Origin: an uncultured Acidobacteriota bacterium
Lineage (GTDB): Bacteria; Acidobacteriota; Vicinamibacteria; Vicinamibacterales; UBA2999
Assembly (NCBI GenBank): GCA_963707795.1
Contig: OY970174.1
Coordinates: forward strand, 2,208,432 to 2,272,431
Length of the DNA stretch: 64,000 nt
Direction of reading: 5' to 3'
Both the position numbers and the translations under genes were made by a program. Below the pieces are notes generated by a model that was not told the origin of the DNA, did not search any database, and worked only from the letters and a program-made list of their open reading frames with translations. Below, piece after piece: positions 19,197 to 28,389 of this stretch. Each line of letters opens with the position of its first letter. Positions within the stretch are counted from its first letter, which is position 1.

Positions 19197-20537
19197 CAGT
19201 ACCTGCTCGGTCTCACTACGACCTTCAGGACCGGAACTCCCGCGGACGCAGTGAACGGCGCCATCGCAACATGGACTTCGCGGGTCCGGACGTCCGCTCC
19301 CACGTAGCGCGTCACATGAACATCGTATTTTCCGCCCTCGACGACACTGAAAGCGAAACGACCATCGTCGCCCGTGACGAATCGCGGCCCGATGATGTTC
19401 GGCCCCTCAGTGTTGTCGCGGAGAGCGACCCTTGCGTCCGCCACGGGCCGGCCTGCTTCGTCGACGACCACACCCTCAGCGGTGACCAGCCGGATGTTGT
19501 CTGGGATCACGAAATCCCGGATGCGCACGCGGTCACTGACGGACACGACGACCCTTGCTGCGCCCGTTGGCTCCGCCACGCCCGGGTAGAACACGCGGGG
19601 GAATGTAAGCTGGCCGTCGTGACCGCGGATGAAGTTGAAGCCAAGTGACGTACTCGCCCGGTGCAACGAGTCGAAGCTCGAACGTGCCATCCGCTGCTGT
19701 CCACGCCTGAACACGGTTGCCGCTCCCACCCGGCTTGTCGACGTCGGCGGTCGGTACAAGATCGAGAGGCAGGCCGCGGATGCCGCCTCCGCGACCGTCG
19801 ACCACGCGGCCCATGACTCGGCTGTCGTACCTGACGTAGAGCACGGGCGCGCCGCAGCCGCGAGGGTCGTTGATCGTCACGTTGAGCGGGACGCCGGCAT
19901 AGCCCTGCGGCGCCCTGGCGACAACCTCGTACTCGCCGACCGGCAAGCCAGTCAGCTCGAACCCACCGCGATTGTCGGCGCGCGTCGAGACTGTGCGACC
20001 CTCGCCCGTCGCCGTAACTGTAACGCCGGGCATCGGCTGCAACTCACGATCTGCGCGGCGGGGCCACTCCCACAACTGCACTCGACCGGCGACACTCGCC
20101 AGGTCGCCCGGCCTGATCGCCGCGAGCGACCGCAGGTAAGTCAGATCTTCGGCCGCGTTCGCCACCGGCCGCGTGCGGGAACAGATGCTCGTTGACAGCT
20201 GGCCCGTTGACGATCCATGAGCGTACACGACGTACGACTCGCCCATTCGGAACGGGTACCCGCAATCGGTCTGGCCGTATCCGGTAACGACCGTGACCTG
20301 CGAGAGCTGGAACCCGCGGAATGCTTCGACAACGGCGAACTGCACGAGCCGCCCGCCCATCGAGGACGAATCGATGGACACGACGTGCCCGACGAAGACT
20401 GCGTCAGCACGCCAGGCTGCGTCGCAGGGCAACCCCGGGCCGCCGCACGAGCAGGCATCGGCAGATTTTGGCGAGAGGCCGATCACGCAGACGGCGAGCG
20501 CCGCAAGGAGGGTTCGAACACTCATGAATCTGAACAT
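19196..20537 (-). pseudogene. secreted TIMP/NTR-like domain protein fused to CarboxypepD_reg-like repeats; apparent frameshift near 19645
   Basis: Two track ORFs (19533-20666 and 19196-19759) join as ...FELRLVAPGEYV|TSLGFNFIRGHDGQLTFPRVFYPG. The start is M at 20537 or 20525 (MFRFMSVRTLLAALAVCVIGLSPKSADA|CSCGGPGLPCDAAWRADAVFVGHVV...). See the finding on this gene. Confidence 0.7.
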
Positions 20538-20815
20538 TGACTGCAATTGAGATACCCCAGAGTTGACGCACAATTCCACCCGGGCGGACGCCGCCCATCT
20601 ACAATCGTGCCCGGAACGACGACATGTGTGACGGAGGACTAAGCCCTCACGTAATCCTCTCGACATTTGACACCGCGCCGGCGCCTTTGGCCGTCACCGG
20701 CGTCCTGTGTCAGTTTTTTCGCGAGGGTACCGGCGACCTCATGGTCCAAACAACGCTGGTTGGCGGGTGCGTGCAGCCAGCGGTAGTTGCAGGTGTGGAG
20801 CGGCGCAGCATAAAG

Positions 20816-21973
20816 CTACGAAGCACTGCCGTCCTTGGCGCGCTTGGTCGCTCGTAGTGAGCGCTCGTAGTGCGGCGCCACTTCGGACCACCGTTCAACA
20901 AATCCAGGTCCAGTGTGAAGCACTTGTTCGAATGCCTCCATGGCCTCGTCGTGTCGACCGAGGATACTGAGCGCCACCCCGCGGCCCGCCGTACATGACA
21001 CCCATGGAGATGAAGGGAGTCGATCGGTCTCAGGAGCGAGACATTCGACCATTCGTTCGAACGCAGCGAGTGCCGCTGCACCATCGTTCATCTTTACGTA
21101 GACGGTGGCGAGCGCGCCAAGAGCCCTCAGGTCATTCGGCGCAGCGTCCACTGCCGCCCTGGCCACTCGAAGCGCTTCATCGAGGCGGCTGGCCTCCGCT
21201 AACACACCGGCCAGCACCGCCCGTGACGATGGAGTATCCGGATTCGACGCGCACGTGTCGCGCGCAATCGCGATGGCCTCGTCATAGCGATCCTGACCTG
21301 CCAGCACCGTCGCCAGCAACTCCTTGACGTCCGCAGACCGAGGGGCCCGCAGGAGTGCATCGCGCAGCACATGTTCGGCCTCGTCCAACCGATTCAGCTC
21401 GTACAACGTACACGCAAGACTGAGTGCGTGACTCACGCTCGGGCCCAGCCGCATGGCACGTTCCTGGACAGGCGCCGCATCTTTCCAGCGACCCAGCCGA
21501 GCCAGCACCGCGCCCAGATTCCCCCAGGATTCGGCGTCTGACGGATTGAGCTGCGCTGCGCGCTGGTATGCATCCGCAGACTCTTCGAAACGTCGAAGAG
21601 TTTCGAGGCTCACGCCGTAGTTATGGAAGAACTCGGCAGTTCCAGATCCCGCCAGCCGTATCGCCTCGCAAAACGCTTCGACCGCCTCGTCGTGGCGCGC
21701 CTCCTCTTGCAGCCCGCAAGCCAAAAGGTAATAACCTCCAGCCGACGGCGACTGCTTCAGCAGGTTCTGGAAGCCGACAATCGCATCCGTTCGTCGGCCC
21801 GGAACCTCCAGCAGACACCACGCGCGCTGGAACTGAACGTGCGAATCATCTGGTCGGATGCGGAGCGCGCGCTCGTAGGAGTTGGCGGCAGCCTCATACC
21901 GGTGCAGGCGGATGAGCAGGTTGGCCAGTCGGTAGTGAAACTGCTCTCGCGCGTCGCGCCAGATCACCATCAC
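20816..21973 (-). CDS. TPR repeat protein (5' end probably truncated by the IS remnant)
   Basis: 385 aa of consecutive 34-aa repeats (...[20 protein letters not shown]..., ...[32 protein letters not shown]...). The ORF opens exactly where the IS3-like sequence begins. Confidence 0.8.
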   Translation of the reverse strand: MMVIWRDAREQFHYRLANLLIRLHRYEAAANSYERALRIRPDDSHVQFQRAWCLLEVPGRRTDAIVGFQNLLKQSPSAGGYYLLACGLQEEARHDEAVEAFCEAIRLAGSGTAEFFHNYGVSLETLRRFEESADAYQRAAQLNPSDAESWGNLGAVLARLGRWKDAAPVQERAMRLGPSVSHALSLACTLYELNRLDEAEHVLRDALLRAPRSADVKELLATVLAGQDRYDEAIAIARDTCASNPDTPSSRAVLAGVLAEASRLDEALRVARAAVDAAPNDLRALGALATVYVKMNDGAAALAAFERMVECLAPETDRLPSSPWVSCTAGRGVALSILGRHDEAMEAFEQVLHTGPGFVERWSEVAPHYERSLRATKRAKDGSAS

Positions 21974-21984
21974 AGCGTATATCG

Positions 21985-22793
21985 ACCAGACGTGGCATCT
22001 TGTCCACGCCCGTGCCGCTCATCTCGCGAGGTTGCACCCGAGTCGGGCGCGCGTTCAGAGCGCGCTGCAGCTCCGCATTCGGGAGATCGCGTACCCGCGA
22101 CCGCGCTTTGGCTACCAGCGCATCTGGGTGATGCGGCGCGTGAAGGCTGGCCGATCAATCGGAAGCGCGTGCGGCGGTTGTATCGCCTCGACGGCTTGCA
22201 GGTACGGATGCGCGTGCGGCGACGGAAGCACATGGCGTTGCACCACGGGCCGGCGCCGATCCAGCGGGGCCGACCGCGCGCTGGAGCATGGATTTCGTCC
22301 ACGACGCGTTCGCCGACGGCCGTCGTTTCGTGTGCTCACGGTGGTCGATCAGTGGAGTCGGCAAAATCCGTTGCTGGAGGTGGCCTCAAGCATGTCCGGG
22401 ATGACCGTCGGACAGGGGTTAGATCGCGTGCTCGCCGGCCCACGGGTGCCGCGCTCGATCACCGTCGATCACGGCACCGAATTCATGTCGCGGGCGCTGG
22501 AGGATTGGGCCTATCGGCGCGGCGTGCAGCTGGATTTCATCCGGCCCGGGAAACCCGTGGAAAACGCGTTCATTGAAGCGTTTAACGGGCGCCTGCGCCA
22601 TGAGTGCTTGAACGTCCACCAGTTGACGTCGCTCGCCGATGCGCAAGCCAAGATTGAGGCGTGGCGCGTCGACTACAATCAGCGACGGCCGCACAGCTCG
22701 CTCGGGCATCTGACACCGGACGAAAACGCCGAACAGCGTCAGAATCGGGTCGTCGAAGAAGTCGCTTTTTCTAGCTTAGAACTGTCTCGTTAA
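21985..22793 (+). mobile_element. IS3-family (IS407-like) transposase OrfB remnant, N-terminally truncated and frameshifted
   Basis: Reading across three frames gives ...[23 protein letters not shown] / [31 protein letters not shown] / [18 protein letters not shown] / [12 protein letters not shown]...[52 protein letters not shown]...[24 protein letters not shown] (DDE/rve core). There is no OrfA. Shifts are near 22140, 22260 and 22325. Confidence 0.85.
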
Positions 22794-22803
22794 GGGACCA
22801 ACG

Positions 22804-23109
22804 TCAATCAGTGGAACAGTCTCCGGTGGAATGGTCTGCTTGACAGGGAAGCGTACGTTCGCACGACCCCGAGAGCGCGCCACTCTCACCCGCCCGGAGA
22901 CACAGCTCGGCCGTGCCGGTGATGCTGTCGCCCGTCTGGAAGCTCGTGCGATCGACCGTGAACCGCAGCTCGAACTGGCCGTCGATCGCGCTCGCCGTCA
23001 CCGGCTCCGGCGCGACATCCGCGGGCGTCGTCGTGCCCGGCCCGCACGCCGCGAACGCCAAGGCGAGCGCCGTCAGCAAGCCGAGCCGATTGGCCTTTGA
23101 TCGAGCCAC
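22804..23109 (-). CDS. lipoprotein, 3' end possibly replaced by IS-derived sequence
   Basis: Lipobox LTALALAFAAC. 101 aa. The ORF ends 11 nt from the transposase stop. Confidence 0.5.
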   Translation of the reverse strand: MARSKANRLGLLTALALAFAACGPGTTTPADVAPEPVTASAIDGQFELRFTVDRTSFQTGDSITGTAELCLRAGESGALSGSCERTLPCQADHSTGDCSTD

Positions 23110-23241
23110 GCCCGAACGATACGGTCCCAGCCGACCAGGGTCCGCCCGCCAAAGGTCATCCCGGTCACCCCGGTCGACAGGCCTCGTCGTGGCTAGCCCG
23201 CGCGTTCGCGGGGGTCGCGAGCCGGCGCCGCTTCGTTGTCG

Positions 23242-23835
23242 TCATCGCGGCAGTGGGTTCGGTCCGGTCGCGGTCACCAGGCGCTGGGGGACCCAGTCGT
23301 CGACGTGGTGGAACCCGTCGATCTGGTCGCCGTGAAGTTCGGCGGACGCCTGCAGCGAGAGGCGATAGAACTTCACGTGCGTGAAGTCTTCGAACAGGAT
23401 GTAGACGGGGTCGGGGGTGCTGTGCGGGCCCTGAAACTGCTGGCCCGTCAGGACCGGCTTGTGGGTCTCGACGAAGGCGTCGAACGTGTCGCCCACGACG
23501 ACGCCGAGATGCTCGAGGCCCATCTTGTAAACGCGCTGGTGCACCGGCGGAATGAGTTCGATCATCGGAACCGCCTTGCCGTCGAGGACCTCGAGCGGCT
23601 CGGCCGGCAGGATCAGAGAGATCGGCCGGCCGTTCCAAACGTTCTCCCGGTTCGCGGCCGCGTGGCGCTCCAGCAGAGTCCGGACGTGCACGTACTGGTC
23701 CCACTCGGGTACGCGGAAGGCCAGGTGGCTGAGCGCGTACGGGGCGATGTCGATGCCGCGCGTCAGCAGGCGGTCGCGCTGCTGTGCCGCGAACGCCCGG
23801 TAGTCGCCGATGATCTCCGCTATTGGGTCGGACAT
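23242..23835 (-). CDS. YecM-like VOC-superfamily metalloprotein
   Basis: 197 aa. LSHLAFRV....NGRPISLILPAEPLEV....MIELIPP....GLEHLGVVVG....HVKFYRLSL follows the pattern I recall for E. coli YecM. Moderate confidence. Confidence 0.55.
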   Translation of the reverse strand: MSDPIAEIIGDYRAFAAQQRDRLLTRGIDIAPYALSHLAFRVPEWDQYVHVRTLLERHAAANRENVWNGRPISLILPAEPLEVLDGKAVPMIELIPPVHQRVYKMGLEHLGVVVGDTFDAFVETHKPVLTGQQFQGPHSTPDPVYILFEDFTHVKFYRLSLQASAELHGDQIDGFHHVDDWVPQRLVTATGPNPLPR

Positions 23836-24156
23836 CTCGCTCCTCTCGGTCAGGGCGACGTCACGTGAGGCGGATCGACAGGCGTCCCCCGCCTCGACCC
23901 GAGCAGGCCGAAGCCCGTCACGTCCGTGGCGGCCCGGACGGGATTTCCGACGCGGCGCGGTTGAGCCGGCTTATGTGCTCGATCGCCGCCGCCATGTCCG
24001 CCTCGGCACGAGCAGGCCGCCAGTGAACTTCGTTTCGTCGATGGTCGCATCCGACGGAATTCGCATCGCATCTCCGGCCAGCTCAAAGAGTGCCTGTCTG
24101 AACATCAGAATAGCGCGGCCGTTGGCCAGAGCAAAACCGGCCCGCCGTACACTCAA

Positions 24157-24178
24157 ACGGGGCGCCGCAACGCCCCGT
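24157..24178 (-). terminator. GC-rich hairpin, possible original tRNA-fMet terminator displaced by the island
   Basis: ACGGGGCG-CCGCAA-CGCCCCGT (8-bp stem), 31 nt beyond the distal att repeat on the tRNA strand. The tail is only TTGAGTGT, so it is weak as an intrinsic terminator. Confidence 0.3.
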
Positions 24179-24209
24179 GAGCCTCGAACGGTTGTCAGCC
24201 TTTTGTCAG

Positions 24210-24238
24210 CCGACAGTTGAAAGTGTTGGTTGCGGGGG
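24210..24238. repeat. distal att-type direct repeat (orphan tRNA-fMet 3' end)
   Basis: CCGACAGTTGAAAGTGTTGGTTGCGGGGG is identical to 35622-35650. The flanking bases differ on both sides. Confidence 0.95.
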
Positions 24239-24385
24239 CTCGCAACCCGCTGAATTTGGAATTCTCCTGGTCGGCCGCGTAAACCCTCCGCGCGAGTAGT
24301 CGAAGCGCTCGTCTGATATTCTGCCTGGGACGCGACAGTCGTCGCCGCTCGGGTTCTGGCGACCGCTCCCGTGCAGGGCTAACAA

Positions 24386-24898
24386 GTGTTCTCCGTTCCA
24401 TTCGAGTTCAAGTGTTCGGCATGTGGCCGCGACCCTGCCGCGGCCGGCTGGAGCTTGTGTGCCCTCTGCGGCGGGTTCTTCTGCGGCGATCATCTGGTCG
24501 TGAAGAAGGGCGTGTCGACATGTGACTCGTGTGCCGTAGAGCGCGAGCCACGCGAGGCATCGGGCGGAGTATCCGCCGAGGATGAGGCTCGCGTCGTTTC
24601 GCTGGTTCGCGCGGACGTCGAGGCCACCATCGGCGCTGGACATGATGACGCGATCATCGAAGCGGCCGCGCGGCGTCGACTGTATGCGGACGTTCCCGCG
24701 CAGTATGTCGGCGACGTCGTTGATGACGTCCAGCAGTATTTCCATGACGCGTTTGTCGACACCACGTGGCCGGCGTGTCCGCATCATCCGAACCACCCGC
24801 TGTGGTTCTCTGACGGGTGGTGGCGCTGTGAACGCATCGAAGAGCCCATCGCCAGACTCGGGGCGCTCTTTGGCGTAAACCAGGAGCGCGAGGGTTGA
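24386..24898 (+). CDS. hypothetical zinc-ribbon protein
   Basis: 170 aa, GTG start. N-terminal CSACG...CALCGGFFCGDH...CDSC Cys cluster. C-terminal TTWPACPHHPNHPLWFSDGWWRCE motif. Intact frame. Low-GC stretch upstream. Confidence 0.55.
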   Translation: MFSVPFEFKCSACGRDPAAAGWSLCALCGGFFCGDHLVVKKGVSTCDSCAVEREPREASGGVSAEDEARVVSLVRADVEATIGAGHDDAIIEAAARRRLYADVPAQYVGDVVDDVQQYFHDAFVDTTWPACPHHPNHPLWFSDGWWRCERIEEPIARLGALFGVNQEREG

Positions 24899-25266
24899 CG
24901 CTTTGGGCAGTCATCTTCGCGGCTGCAGCAGGCATCGTCGCGTTCTTCGCTTGGGCGAACCGTCAGACGGCGAAAGCCCATGCGCGATTTACGGCCAATG
25001 ACGTCGAGATTGCTCTCGCTGAACTCTTGGACCCTGACGCGCCGACCCATGACACCTGGGATCTGTTTCTGGGATGGCCGATTGATGACCCGCACCTCGA
25101 GTCCGTTCGCCAGGAGTGCTTGAAGATCTGCCGCGAATGTCCGCCGGTTCCGGGTAAGGACATCAACGAAGAGGGCGAGACACGCGTTGCTGCGCTCCTA
25201 GCGGACCTGCGGCGCCACAGCAACTCGGGCAGCGGCGGTGCCGATGCTTTCTCGACCTCCGAATGA
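24895..25266 (+). CDS. hypothetical membrane-anchored protein
   Basis: 123 aa. Its TTG start overlaps the previous TGA (TTGA at 24895-24898). N-terminal TM segment LWAVIFAAAAGIVAFFAWA. No known domain. Confidence 0.5.
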   Translation: MTLWAVIFAAAAGIVAFFAWANRQTAKAHARFTANDVEIALAELLDPDAPTHDTWDLFLGWPIDDPHLESVRQECLKICRECPPVPGKDINEEGETRVAALLADLRRHSNSGSGGADAFSTSE

Positions 25267-25368
25267 AACACCCGACGGTTCGGCGCTTCGTAGGCACGTA
25301 CCATTGCAGATTGGGCCGAGCGGCGGTTCTGGTTCACAATAGAAGCTCGGTCGCCGGAGCCGTTTACC

Positions 25369-25600
25369 ATGCCGCAGCTAACGCGCATCACTCGTGACCC
25401 CGCCGTAATGGGCGGAAAGCCGTGCATTCGCGGCATGCGCGTCACGGTCGGCACAGTCGTCGGCCTCGTCGCCGCAGGACGCACTCGGGACGAGATTCTC
25501 CGCGAGAACCCCTACCTGGAGGCAGAGGACATAGCGGAGGCCCTGTCCTACGCCGCCTGGCGGGGTGGAGGAAGTCGAAGTTCCGCTGCGCCAGCCGTGA
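25369..25600 (+). pseudogene. DUF433 antitoxin-like protein (tail frameshifted at a G-run)
   Basis: MPQLTRITRDPAVMGGKPCIRGMRVTVGTVVGLVAAGRTRDEILRENPYLEAEDIAEALSYAAWR is DUF433. Removing one G from GGGG (25562-25565) restores ...RVEEVEVPLRQP-TGA at 25598-25600, overlapping the next gene's GTG. Confidence 0.65.
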
Positions 25601-25958
25601 AGCTTCTCGTGGATATGAACCTGTCCCCACGCTGGGTCGAGCGTTTGGTGCGTCACGGGTTCGAGGGCGTCCACTGGTCGACTATATCGGTGCTGCCAGC
25701 GCGCGCGACGTCGAGATCCTGACGTGGGCGAGCGAGCATGCGTTGGTCCTCATCACGAACGACCTGGACTTCTCGGCAATCCTCGCGGCCAGCGCTGGCG
25801 CCTCGCCGAGCGTCGTGCAAATTCGAGCCCAGGACCTGCTCTCCGATGAGGCGGTGAGCACCGTCGCCAGGGCACTCGAAGTACATCGTGAGGACATCGA
25901 GCGAGGCGCACTTCTGTCGATTGATGAAGGCGGGACGCGCGTAAGGATGCTGCCTCTC
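25597..25958 (+). pseudogene. DUF5615 (PIN-like) toxin-like protein, frameshifted near 25680
   Basis: VKLLVDMNLSPRWVERLVRHGFEGVHWS | IGAASARDVEILTWASEHALVLITNDLDFSAILAASAGASPSVVQIR...GTRVRMLPL is read from two frames. The natural stop appears to be lost. Confidence 0.6.
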
Positions 25959-26289
25959 AAGGGTTCGCACGGTGCCCTCGTAGCTGCAATCCCACTCCGC
26001 TCCGCAGGCTCTCGTCCCACCCTTGGTGGACGCACCGGCGCGACGGCACGCTGGACGGTGCGCACGCTCACCGCGCAGCCGCGACCGGCGAGCAACTGCT
26101 TCACTACCACCGCATCGCCCTCAGCCTCGACTTGAAAGAGCGTCTGCGCCGTCGCCTGATCGTCCGCGGACAGCCGACGCGTGGACAGCCGACGCGCGGA
26201 CGGCCGAACCTGCACACCGGCCACGGCGCCGCGCCGGGAGCGCCGCACCGTATTACGTATGCGCCGAGATAGTCGCCGCCCAGGCGTCA

Positions 26290-26972
26290 CGTGCGATCGA
26301 CTCCCTTCAAAGAAGTCTGACCGAGCACGGGATCGGGCACCGGTGGGACGACGATTACGTATCGGTCAAGACAGATGCTGGCCTGCTTCTCGACCTTCTG
26401 GGCCGGTTGGATCAACCGAGTTCCACGCCAGTGCTCGAGAACACCATCGGAGCGGCTGAGCCCTGGGTCAAGTTGTGGGGTGCGTTGGGATTGATCCGTA
26501 GCGGAGAGACTCGTCGCTCGGGAAGTCTTCCGGCAAATCGCCGAATGGCCTGAGTGCCGAATTACTCTGGCACGACAGCTCCAAGCGTTGGATCGATCGG
26601 AACTGTTTCCTGCCGACTTCTCGAACCAGCCGAGCCTGGCTGAAGCGGCGATGGTGGATTGGCTTCTTTACCCAACCGAGCTGGGACGAGCCCCCGACGA
26701 GATAAGGCAGTTGGAATCGCTTCCCGATTGAAACAGATGACGGTGTCGCCGACTTGTACGTCTTTGCCTTCAGGACCCACCCGCCACACTGGTTAGCCGA
26801 CAAGGATTGGGTCGTTGGCGTGGCCGGACCGTTCCTGGCGAGCGACCAGCCGACATTCGAGAGTCTCGGCGCCACCTTCAGTCAGTTCGAGAGCTTGTCC
26901 GTTAGACCGCTCGAGGAGCATGTGGAGACGCTGCGCAGATCCGTCGAAGGCATTTCCGGATCGGGAAGTTGA
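26290..26972 (+). pseudogene. decayed gene of unknown function (three frames)
   Basis: Pieces ...LLLDLLGRLDQPSSTPVLENTIG.., ..VAREVFRQIAEWPECRITLARQLQALDRSELFPADFSNQPSLAEAAMVDWLLYPTELGRAPDEIRQLESLP.., ..ETDDGVADLYVFAFRTHPPHWLADKDWVVGVAGPF.. read continuously only after shifts near 26495 and 26725. The 5' limit is uncertain. Confidence 0.35.
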
Positions 26973-27052
26973 CGCTGGGATCGTTCGCAGCCGGCGCCCT
27001 GGGAGCGTCGATGCGAGCGCCGGAAATACACCTATGCGCTCCCGAACGCCGC

Positions 27053-27406
27053 TTAAGCTGAGGCCGCGAGCGACTCCAGCCTCTTGAGCGTGTCGGGGTA
27101 TTTCCGCACTAGCCAGATCAACGCGGCAGCCTGCTCGTTCGGCTTGCTACGTCCCTGTTCCCACCGCTCGAGGGTGCGGGGGTTCACGCCAATCTTGAAC
27201 GCGAACACCTGGCGTGACATCTTGAGCGCCTCGCGCGTCTCACGGACAACGTCCGCGTCGATTGGCGGAACAGCGATCGGCTTCACTGCTCTGGTCTTCA
27301 ATGTGAGCCGACCTTCGCGGTGATCGCGCATGGCTTCCACGCCCGACATGAGCTCACGGAAGAGGCTGCGCTTCTTCCGAGCCACCGGTTGCTTCTTTAC
27401 TGCCAT
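27053..27406 (-). CDS. HigA-like XRE-family HTH antitoxin
   Basis: Start at MAVKKQ (27406). ...VRETREALKMSRQVFAFKIGVNPRTLERWEQGRSKPNEQAAALIWLVRKYPDTL. It starts 4 nt after the toxin stop. Confidence 0.75.
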   Translation of the reverse strand: MAVKKQPVARKKRSLFRELMSGVEAMRDHREGRLTLKTRAVKPIAVPPIDADVVRETREALKMSRQVFAFKIGVNPRTLERWEQGRSKPNEQAAALIWLVRKYPDTLKRLESLAASA

Positions 27407-27410
27407 AGTT

Positions 27411-27776
27411 TCATTTCCTTCGTCGGCGCCGTACGGCACGCCGCGCAAGTTCGACCTCGAGAGCCGCCTTCAAAGCCCGTTTCTCAGCGGCGCTCAGGTC
27501 GGCCATTTCGTCCTTGTCGTAGAGCGTCATCAGCCAGATCTGAGCGTCTGCCGAAAGGTGGTAGTAGATCACCCTGAGGCCACCACGCTTGCCCTTGCCT
27601 CGGCGCCGATCGGCCCATCGCAGCTTACGAAAACCGCCGGTGCCCGGCATGACATCGCCCGCCTCCGGATCCCCGGCTAGGAACAGCTGCAACGCTCGAT
27701 ATTCATCGTCCTCCAGGTAGCCCGCGACAATCGCTGTGAACGTCGGGGCCTCGATGAACTCCAGGCGATCGATCAC
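27411..27776 (-). CDS. RelE/ParE-superfamily (HigB-like) toxin
   Basis: C-terminal 121 aa of the track ORF: VIDRLEFIEAPTFTAIVAGYLEDDEYRALQLFLAGDPEAGDVMPGTGGFRKLRWADRRRGKGKRGGLRVIYYHLSADAQIWLMTLYDKDEMADLS. Toxin-first order. The GTG start at 27776 is uncertain. Confidence 0.7.
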   Translation of the reverse strand: MIDRLEFIEAPTFTAIVAGYLEDDEYRALQLFLAGDPEAGDVMPGTGGFRKLRWADRRRGKGKRGGLRVIYYHLSADAQIWLMTLYDKDEMADLSAAEKRALKAALEVELARRAVRRRRRK

Positions 27777-27796
27777 GCGATCTCGAGCGCCACTTT

Positions 27797-27955
27797 GCTT
27801 CGCTCCGGCTTCCAGGCGTTGATGCGCGACGCGTTGAACGGGCGGTTTGATGTCTGTACTCGCGGAGACCCTGGACCGTTTCAGCCGGGACCAGGAGGAC
27901 ACAGCAGGACTCTTCAAGCGTCTCACCTTCGCCGGCGTGAACATCGTCACGCTCG
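27797..27955 (+). pseudogene. fragment of a second serine-recombinase catalytic domain
   Basis: About 160 bp, roughly 80 percent identical by eye to 34111-34268 of the recombinase gene (LRSGFQALMRDALN.RFDV...LDRFSRDQEDTAGLFKRLTFAGVNIVTL). Contains one extra nt and is truncated at both ends. Confidence 0.8.
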
Positions 27956-27989
27956 ACCTCCGCGCGCACGAATTCGCGCTTACCGGCCA

Positions 27990-28379
27990 GAGACCTCGAT
28001 TGCCGAGAAGACCGAGGCGATGGTGCGGCTCGCGCTCGCGAACAGCCGGATGAAAGACTTCTTCGACATCCACCGCCTGGCCGACACTCGAACGTTCGAC
28101 GGTGAAACGATGAGGCTCGCAGTCGCGGCGACGTTCACGCGAAGGGGCATCGAGATCCCGGACGAACGTCCGCTCGCGCTGACCAGCGATTTCGCGGATG
28201 ACGCTCAGAAGAAGATTCAATGGGCAGCATTCGTTCGACGTGCACGACGGCCCGACCTTGCGGACCTGTTGGCCATCATTGCGACCCTTGATCGTTTTCT
28301 CTGGCCCGTGCTTCAAGCGGCCGCTCGAGGGGAACCATGGCCGCACATATGGTCGAACGGCGCGTGGAAACGACAGTAG
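27990..28379 (+). pseudogene. C-terminal fragment of an AbiEii/AbiGii-family nucleotidyltransferase toxin
   Basis: ETSIAEKTEAMVRLALANSRMKDFFDIHRLADTRTFDGETMRLAVAATFTRRGIEIPDERPLALTSDFADDAQKKIQWAAFVRRA is the conserved C-terminal third of the family. The N-terminal ~170 aa are absent, and it is fused in-frame to the recombinase fragment. Confidence 0.7.
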
Positions 28380-28389
28380 CGGCGTTCGC

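Noticed and set aside
22032-22793. Frameshifts in the IS3-family transposase as programmed -1 ribosomal frameshifting.
   Set aside because: IS3 programmed frameshifting occurs at the orfA/orfB junction. Here orfA is missing and the three shifts lie inside the DDE domain, so this is decay or error.
23836-24156. Possible small minus-strand gene (…IPSDATIDETKFTGGLLV / AEADMAAAIEHISRLNRAASEI…) between the YecM-like gene and the att site.
   Set aside because: It reads sensibly only if a frameshift is assumed, and I recognise no family. It is too weak to annotate.
25985-26210. Minus-strand HTH-like peptide (…VVKQLLAGRGCAVSVRTVQRAV…) resembling a transposase N-terminus, plus three tandem 15-bp units (26166-26210).
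   Set aside because: The similarity is generic for HTH motifs. There is no start, stop or partner domain, and the region overlaps read-through of the decayed DUF5615 gene.
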